Shown one piece after another: positions 58,805-64,000 of a stretch of DNA of 64,000 nt. Each line of letters starts with the position of its first letter. Position 1 is the stretch's first letter. The DNA is taken from assembly GCA_016933835.1 (NCBI GenBank), contig JAFGAC010000002.1, forward strand, positions 26,809 through 90,808, written 5' to 3'. Below the pieces are notes generated by a model, which did no database searches, was not told the DNA's origin, and saw nothing but the letters and a program-made list of their open reading frames with translations. Origin of the DNA: Clostridiales bacterium. Its GTDB lineage: Bacteria > Bacillota > Clostridia > Peptostreptococcales > Acidaminobacteraceae. Made by a program: the position numbers and the translations under genes.

Positions 58805-59488
58805 ATGATATTGGACTATGAATTAAAGAGTAAGATAGAGGTTTTTTCAACTGAAAATGACTTGATTGGAAACGCTATGTTGATGGATTACTCTGCGGAT
58901 TCTCTTTACATCACTGTGCCCATGATCAATGGGATGATAAGAAATCTAAAACCTGGCAGAGAGATAAAAATTGTCTATTATACAAAACAAAAAATTTACG
59001 GATTCTATTCCGTAATAAAAAGTGAAATCATAGACAATGTAATACTCTATAAAATAGATATACCCCAAAATTTTCATGTAGTTCAGAGAAGAAAATTCGT
59101 TAGAATTCCAGTAATACTTGACATAAAATACGTGACGCTGTCTTCAGACGAATTGGTCAGTTCAGATTTGACGCTGTATGAAGATATTGAGAGAATTTAC
59201 GGTAAAAGAATCAATAAGTGCATGGCTGTGGATTTAAGCGGTGAAGGTATGGCTATGGTCGTAAAGGAAGAGCTTTCCATAGGCACTAGAATGATTATCG
59301 TCGTTGAAAACTCTCAGATCAACGTGGTTGTATCTGGTAGTGTCAGGCGAAGAGAAAAACTTCAGAACAGTGAATATGATTATAAAATAGGGATACAGTT
59401 CATAGACATCAGCGGTGCAATAAAAGAAAAAATCATTCAATATATTTTTAAGAAAATGAGAAATCAGTTGAAGTCATATTCACGATGA
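58805..59488 (+). CDS. PilZ-domain c-di-GMP receptor (YcgR/MotI-like flagellar brake candidate)
   Basis: 227 aa. N-terminal YcgR-like barrel followed by PilZ motifs RRKFVR (RxxxR) and DLSGEG (DxSxxG). Lies between flhG and sigD. Confidence 0.8.
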   Translation: MILDYELKSKIEVFSTENDLIGNAMLMDYSADSLYITVPMINGMIRNLKPGREIKIVYYTKQKIYGFYSVIKSEIIDNVILYKIDIPQNFHVVQRRKFVRIPVILDIKYVTLSSDELVSSDLTLYEDIERIYGKRINKCMAVDLSGEGMAMVVKEELSIGTRMIIVVENSQINVVVSGSVRRREKLQNSEYDYKIGIQFIDISGAIKEKIIQYIFKKMRNQLKSYSR

Positions 59489-59489
59489 A

Positions 59490-60233
59490 ATGGGGATTCG
59501 TATGCCAGAGAATATGGGCTATAGCAACAAAGAAAGTCAAATAGTAAAATATATTCCATTAGTTAAAAAAATTGTCGATACTTCTTTTTTCAATTACAAT
59601 GGTGAATTTGACAAAGATGACCTTTTCAGCATTGGAATTATTGGGTTGATGGATGCGCTTGATAAATATGACGCTTCAAAAAATGCGTCTTTTGAGACCT
59701 ATGCGCGTTGGCGCGTTAAAGGGGCCATTTATGACGAGCTTAGAAAACACGGAAAAGTTTCAAGGGCAAAGATGGATAAGGTCAATAAGCTGTACGGCGC
59801 CATTGAGGACCTTCAACAAAGAATGATGCACGAACCTACAGATTTGGAATTGATGGATTATTTAGATATTACAAGTGTGGAGTTGAATGAAATATATGAT
59901 TCAATCCATTATCTTTCGAGTTATTCTCTTGAGAAAACTATTTTCTACAAGGTGGACCAGGAATATTCATTAAAAGATATTCTAGAAGACAAAGATGCAA
60001 AAACACCTGATTTATTGATGGAAAACGAAGAGAAAAAGAAAATTCTAGGGTACGCAATCAAGAATCTGAAAGAACGCGAACAAATTCTGCTCAATCTGAT
60101 TTATTTCGAGGAGCTGCCAGTGAAAGACATTGCGGAAATCTTGGAAATATCATCATCAAGGGTTTCTCAGCTTCACGGCAAAATGCTCGTCAAATTGAAA
60201 AATAATATTAAAGAATATATGGAGATAGAATAA
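59490..60233 (+). CDS. sigD: flagellar sigma factor SigD/FliA (sigma-28)
   Basis: 247 aa. Sigma-70 regions 2-4 (FETYARWRVKGAIYDELR, SSSRVSQLHGKMLVKLK). Last regulator of the fla/che operon. The start may be ATG 59502. Confidence 0.92.
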   Translation: MGIRMPENMGYSNKESQIVKYIPLVKKIVDTSFFNYNGEFDKDDLFSIGIIGLMDALDKYDASKNASFETYARWRVKGAIYDELRKHGKVSRAKMDKVNKLYGAIEDLQQRMMHEPTDLELMDYLDITSVELNEIYDSIHYLSSYSLEKTIFYKVDQEYSLKDILEDKDAKTPDLLMENEEKKKILGYAIKNLKEREQILLNLIYFEELPVKDIAEILEISSSRVSQLHGKMLVKLKNNIKEYMEIE

Positions 60234-60583
60234 TGTCTGGACTGTTGATTGTAGTAGGTATTTTGTTGGTGTTTTGGGGATTCTTTTCAAAGCGCAAAGA
60301 GACAAAGTTTGATTTGTTGATGAATGAGATGGTTGAAAACAGTGATGAGACACTAAATGAAACGATGCCTTCGACCGATATAATAAGTGTAAGCAGTGAG
60401 ATCGCAGATCGTTTGGATAATATAGAAGAACGTTTGAAGTTACTTGAAATCAAAGAAGAAGTTGGTTATAAAAAGGTGCTTAAAGATATTGATATTGCCA
60501 ATAAATCGGTGGAAGAAATAGCAAGGGCGACTGGAATGAATAAGGGGGAGATCTTATTATTAAAAAGATTCTTGAAAGAATAA
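60233..60583 (+). CDS. membrane-anchored hypothetical protein in SwrB-like position
   Basis: 116 aa. N-terminal TM segment (LLIVVGILLVFWGFF), acidic linker, C-terminal HTH-like SVEEIARATGMNKGEILLLKRF. Start overlaps the sigD stop (ATAATG). Confidence 0.6.
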   Translation: MSGLLIVVGILLVFWGFFSKRKETKFDLLMNEMVENSDETLNETMPSTDIISVSSEIADRLDNIEERLKLLEIKEEVGYKKVLKDIDIANKSVEEIARATGMNKGEILLLKRFLKE

Positions 60584-60642
60584 AGATTAAACCTGAATTT
60601 ATAATAGGACTTGGATTAGGTCTTATCATCGGAGGATTGCTG

Positions 60643-60768
60643 ATGATGAATGCATCGGCAAAAATACTTACTGACTTGGAAATCGAACAAATGGCAAGAG
60701 ACATGGGCATGGTCTATCGGAATGAATTGAAAATAACAGATTTTTATGAGGAGGATGCAAATGATTAG
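60643..60768 (+). CDS. unannotated small ORF (41 aa from ATG). The frame is open from 60544 and encodes a TM-like segment upstream.
   Basis: GGAGGA at 60631-60636, 6 nt, then ATG 60643. Ends TAG 60766-60768, overlapping the flgG-family start. The upstream in-frame sequence reads IKPEFIIGLGLGLIIGGLL. Confidence 0.3.
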   Translation: MMNASAKILTDLEIEQMARDMGMVYRNELKITDFYEEDAND

Positions 60769-61537
60769 AGGACTGTATACTGCGACATCAGGAATGATTG
60801 TACAGCAGAGAAAACAAGAAAATGTTGCCAATAATTTAGCCAATGCAGAGACACCTTCTTTTAAAAAACAGACAATTTTGATTAAAGCGAAGGATCAAGC
60901 GAATATGATCAAGAATGAAGACTCTATCAATGAGGTGATTGGAAAGCTATCATTTGGGTCAGAAATAGATGGCGTGAAAACTGATTTTACACAAGGTATT
61001 ATGACAGAAACCGGAAGGGTGCTCGATTATGCACTTGACGGTGCTGGATTTTTTCAAATTTACGACGAAGCTGGTCAATTGAGTTTTTCGAGAAATGGCA
61101 GTTTCAAGATTGATGGTGCTGGTTATTTGACCAACAGTCAAAATTACGCTTTGGTTGGAAAAAATATTGCAACAGGCGAAAATGAGAAAATCAATCTTGG
61201 TGATGTAGATTTCACTATAAAAGGTGAGGGCACTATTGTAAATGAGAATGGTGAACCATTGTATACTTTGATGATAAGTGATTTTGCAAATTATGATGAC
61301 TTAGAGAATTTAGGAATTGGCGTCTATTTAAACAAACCTCAGGATGGGATGAATACAGAAGTCATGGCAGAAGATTATAAATTGGTTCAGGGCTTTAAAG
61401 AAGCTTCAAATATCAATGTACTTGATGAAATGGTAAAAATGATTGAGATTTCAAGAGCATTTGAATCCAATCAAAGAGTGGTTCAAGCGATTGATGAAAT
61501 GCTCTCAAAAGCTGTCAATGAAGTCGGAAAGTTGTAG
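60761..61537 (+). CDS. flagellar rod protein, FlgF/FlgG family (FlhO-like)
   Basis: MIRGLYTATSGMIVQQRKQENVANNLANAETPSFKK. Start at ATG 60761 after GAGGAGG (ORF track 60746). Confidence 0.9.
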   Translation: MIRGLYTATSGMIVQQRKQENVANNLANAETPSFKKQTILIKAKDQANMIKNEDSINEVIGKLSFGSEIDGVKTDFTQGIMTETGRVLDYALDGAGFFQIYDEAGQLSFSRNGSFKIDGAGYLTNSQNYALVGKNIATGENEKINLGDVDFTIKGEGTIVNENGEPLYTLMISDFANYDDLENLGIGVYLNKPQDGMNTEVMAEDYKLVQGFKEASNINVLDEMVKMIEISRAFESNQRVVQAIDEMLSKAVNEVGKL

Positions 61538-61549
61538 TAGGAGGATAAT

Positions 61550-62323
61550 ATGTATCGAATATTGAGTACAGGAAAAGCGGGACTATCTGCTTTACAGGAA
61601 AAATTGGATTTGATTTCCAATAATATCGCAAATAGCCAGACAGATGGCTATAAAAAAGTGGATACAAATTTTGAAAGTTTGTTGAATAGTTCAATCAGAA
61701 ATAATGCGACACCTCTTTCAGATGCAGAAAGGGAAAATAACCCGACAGTTGGAGTAGGTTCTAAGACATCAAAACCATTTAGAGATAATGTACAGGGAAC
61801 TATTCTTGAGAGTGAGAATCCATTTTCTTTAGCGCTTGACGGAGAAGGCTATTTTGGAATCGTGGATGAGACAGAAAATCTTTATTTGACAAGGAATGGA
61901 AATTTTCAGTTGTCGGCGTATGGTCATCTAGTAGATGATTTGGGAAATGCAGTGGACGCTGAGTATTATGCAGAAGGAATTTCTCCAGATGCAACTGTTG
62001 AAATATCAGAAACAGGAGAAATTGTCGAAGTTGATGCAATGGGAGAGAAAACAGTTGTTGGACAGATAAAAGTCTATTCAATCCAAGATTATGGCCTGCT
62101 TATTGAGAATGGAAATGGGTATTTGACGGCAGATAAAATTGATTGGATGGATCTTGAAACATCTGAAACACATATTAAACAAGGGTATATAGAAAAATCC
62201 AATGTTGACATTGCTCAAGAACTAGTCGATATGTTGACAACACAAAGAGCCTATTCACTCAATACAAAATCGTTGACTGCAGCTGACGAGATGTGGGGAA
62301 TGGTAAACAACATGAGAAGGTAA
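61550..62323 (+). CDS. flgG: flagellar distal rod protein FlgG family (FlhP-like)
   Basis: 257 aa. LDLISNNIANSQTDGYKK and C-terminal LTTQRAYSLNTKSLTAADEMWGMVNNM. Confidence 0.9.
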   Translation: MYRILSTGKAGLSALQEKLDLISNNIANSQTDGYKKVDTNFESLLNSSIRNNATPLSDAERENNPTVGVGSKTSKPFRDNVQGTILESENPFSLALDGEGYFGIVDETENLYLTRNGNFQLSAYGHLVDDLGNAVDAEYYAEGISPDATVEISETGEIVEVDAMGEKTVVGQIKVYSIQDYGLLIENGNGYLTADKIDWMDLETSETHIKQGYIEKSNVDIAQELVDMLTTQRAYSLNTKSLTAADEMWGMVNNMRR

Positions 62324-62344
62324 TTGAAATAAGAAGAAAAATAA

Positions 62345-62397
62345 AGAGACTTGTGAATTCCTAGGAAACACAAGTCTCTATTTATATTTTTTTGATT
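62345..62397. terminator. bidirectional terminator after the rod genes
   Basis: AGAGACTTGTG (62345-62355) / CACAAGTCTCT (62369-62379) 11-bp stem, followed by a T-rich tail. Confidence 0.75.
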
Positions 62398-62572
62398 ATT
62401 TTTCTTGATAATAGCATCTTTTAGGCGAATCTATTTTTTCTTGCTTTTTTAGGTCTTTTAGAGCTTTATCAATAATACCCTTGTCGATGCCTGATAGATC
62501 GGATATTTCAGATGATTTTAACGGGCTGTCTGAAAGTGCCAATATATTTAAAATATGTTCACTATAATTCAT
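62396..62572 (-). CDS. small winged-helix DNA-binding protein (58 aa), absent from the ORF track
   Basis: Minus-strand ATG 62570-62572 with GGAGGT at 62576-62581. Translates MNYSEHILNILALSDSPLKSSEISDLSGIDKGIIDKALKDLKKQEKIDSPKRCYYQEK. Confidence 0.6.
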   Translation of the reverse strand: MNYSEHILNILALSDSPLKSSEISDLSGIDKGIIDKALKDLKKQEKIDSPKRCYYQEK

Positions 62573-62599
62573 AGTACCTCCTATGTAAATAAAGTTAAT

Positions 62600-62624
62600 T
62601 TATGTATATTTATATTATACATAA
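62600..62624. promoter_or_regulatory. palindromic operator candidate in the divergent wHTH/MFS promoter region
   Basis: TTATGTATA (62600-62608), N7, TATACATAA (62616-62624): perfect 9-bp inverted repeat. Confidence 0.4.
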
Positions 62625-62688
62625 ATTGTAAAATATAATCAAGTTATATTTGTAATCATTATAAATTAAATTTTAAGGTGGAATATAA

Positions 62689-63873
62689 TTGGAAAAAAAC
62701 ATTAAATTATTTTATCTATTTTCCATGTTTGATGAACTGTTGATACTAGGACCCATTATTGTAATCTATCTATTTTTCAAAGGACTGACATTTTCCCAGA
62801 TAATGCTTTTGCAATCGATTTCTGCGTTGGCAATTGTAGTATTTGAAGTGCCGACAGGTGCAGTAGCAGACAAAATAGGAAGAAAATTCAGCATCGCAAG
62901 CTCAAAATTTGTGTGGATTGTCAGTCTGCTCTTTTATATATTTGGAAATAGTTTTATGCTATTCGCGGTTGCTGAGATTCTTTTCAGTATTGGTATTACA
63001 TTGAAATCAGGAGCTGATACAGCACTTCTATATGACACGCTTAAATCTTTGGACAGAACAGAAGAATTTACAGCCATCCAGGGCAAAGCGAGAAGTTATA
63101 TTTACTTGACTCAGGGATTTGGAGCTATCGTTGCGAGTTTAATCTATTCAATAAATGAATACCTGCCAATGCTGTTTTCAATTGGATTCATGGTTGTCGC
63201 ATTCATGATAATATTACTTTTTAAAGAACCGATTATTGAGGATAAAAAAGGAAGATACGGAGATAAATATTTTAAACACATCATGGATAGCGCCAAATAT
63301 GTTGCTCACCACCCCAAAATAAGGTCTGTCATGTTCTTTGCCATGATTTTCTTTGCATATATGCGAGCGGGGTTCTGGTTGTATCAGCCCTATATGGAGA
63401 GTGTGAACATAGAAGTGAAATATTTCGGAGTTTTTTTCTTCATCTTCAATATGATAGCAGCTTATGCATCAAGGAATGCTTCTAGAATTATGAAATATAC
63501 AAAGAATCATACATTGATGATGATGCTGGGATTGCTGGCAGTCTCTTTTCTCGCGATGGGAGCTTCTCATATTTGGTTGGGAGCTTTGCTTATTTTGCCG
63601 CAACAAATGGCAAGAGGCATGTATACACCTATAATCAATAAATATACGAATAAGCACATTCCATCGAACAAAAGAGCGACTGTGTTGTCATTTATAAGCT
63701 TGGCTGCTTCTTTGTCTGCGGCGGTAATGCTCCCTTTGGTGGGCCTTATGAATGACTATAAGGATGTTTTTGCAAGCCACTATATCCTTGCAGGTAGTTT
63801 ATGTGTTTTTTCATTGGGAATATATTTTTATATGAAGGTTTATATGAAAGATATTAAAAGCAATTTGCAATAA
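62689..63873 (+). CDS. MFS transporter
   Basis: 394 aa, TTG start after AAGGTGG. About 12 hydrophobic segments. MFS loop motif GAVADKIGRK. Confidence 0.85.
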   Translation: MEKNIKLFYLFSMFDELLILGPIIVIYLFFKGLTFSQIMLLQSISALAIVVFEVPTGAVADKIGRKFSIASSKFVWIVSLLFYIFGNSFMLFAVAEILFSIGITLKSGADTALLYDTLKSLDRTEEFTAIQGKARSYIYLTQGFGAIVASLIYSINEYLPMLFSIGFMVVAFMIILLFKEPIIEDKKGRYGDKYFKHIMDSAKYVAHHPKIRSVMFFAMIFFAYMRAGFWLYQPYMESVNIEVKYFGVFFFIFNMIAAYASRNASRIMKYTKNHTLMMMLGLLAVSFLAMGASHIWLGALLILPQQMARGMYTPIINKYTNKHIPSNKRATVLSFISLAASLSAAVMLPLVGLMNDYKDVFASHYILAGSLCVFSLGIYFYMKVYMKDIKSNLQ

Positions 63874-63948
63874 ATATAGTAGATTATAAACTATTTTTCA
63901 AGAAACGCAGATATGGGGTTTTAAATTTTAAAGATAGAGGTGGTAGTG

Positions 63949-64000
63949 ATGAAGCAAAATAAATGGATTTTATATCTCAGTTTAATATCATTTGCAGCGA
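63949..64000 (+). CDS. 5' end of an ORF with a hydrophobic N-terminus (runs off window)
   Basis: AGAGGTGG SD followed by ATG 63949. Translates MKQNKWILYLSLISFAA... Confidence 0.4.
   Translation, partial: MKQNKWILYLSLISFAA

Overview
AT-rich Firmicutes (Clostridia-type) chromosome segment that starts at the replication origin.

Layout:
- 0-9 kb: rpmH (5' end, minus strand), oriC DnaA-box cluster, dnaA, a second oriC module, dnaN, yaaA (S4), recF, gyrB, gyrA.
- 9-17 kb: one large uncharacterised membrane protein; an RsbV-RsbW-SigB partner-switching operon (the same near-origin placement I recall for Clostridioides difficile); a convergent minus-strand trpS plus BcsA-like GT2/PilZ glycosyltransferase pair; a DEAD-box helicase.
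- 17.2-62.3 kb: a roughly 45-kb chemotaxis/flagellar supercluster in four blocks.
  - cheA-cheW-mcp-cheW-cheR-cheB-cheD-cheY-fliM-fliY
  - flgM-flgN-flgK-flgL-fliW-csrA
  - flagellin-flaG-fliD-orf-fliS-orf
  - flgB-flgC-fliE-fliF-fliG-fliH-fliI-fliJ-fliK-flgD-orf-flgE-flbD-motA-motB-fliL-fliO-fliP-fliQ-fliR-flhB-flhA-flhF-flhG-PilZ-sigD-orf, followed by two rod genes
- 62.3-64 kb: a small unannotated wHTH gene, an MFS transporter and the start of another ORF.

I found no rRNA, tRNA, CRISPR array, transposase or integrase.

Observations most worth follow-up:
1. A GC-richer, modular hairpin-repeat array with 78-nt periodicity begins exactly at the stop codons of both flgC and fliE. It splits what is normally a tight flgB-flgC-fliE-fliF block.
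2. A 22-bp (21/22) inverted repeat derived from that array brackets fliE.
3. A c-di-GMP-I (GEMM-I)-like aptamer with a terminator-like hairpin lies just upstream of fliF, inside the flagellar operon.
4. A roughly 2.5-kb accessory insert sits between csrA and flagellin. It carries an AbiEi/AbiEii module whose toxin has an in-frame TAA, and the module is flanked by a 10-bp GC-rich direct repeat.
5. There are two PilZ receptors in the window (one fused to the glycosyltransferase, one flagellar-brake type) but no cyclase or phosphodiesterase.

All family assignments come from reading the translations and motifs. No database search was run.
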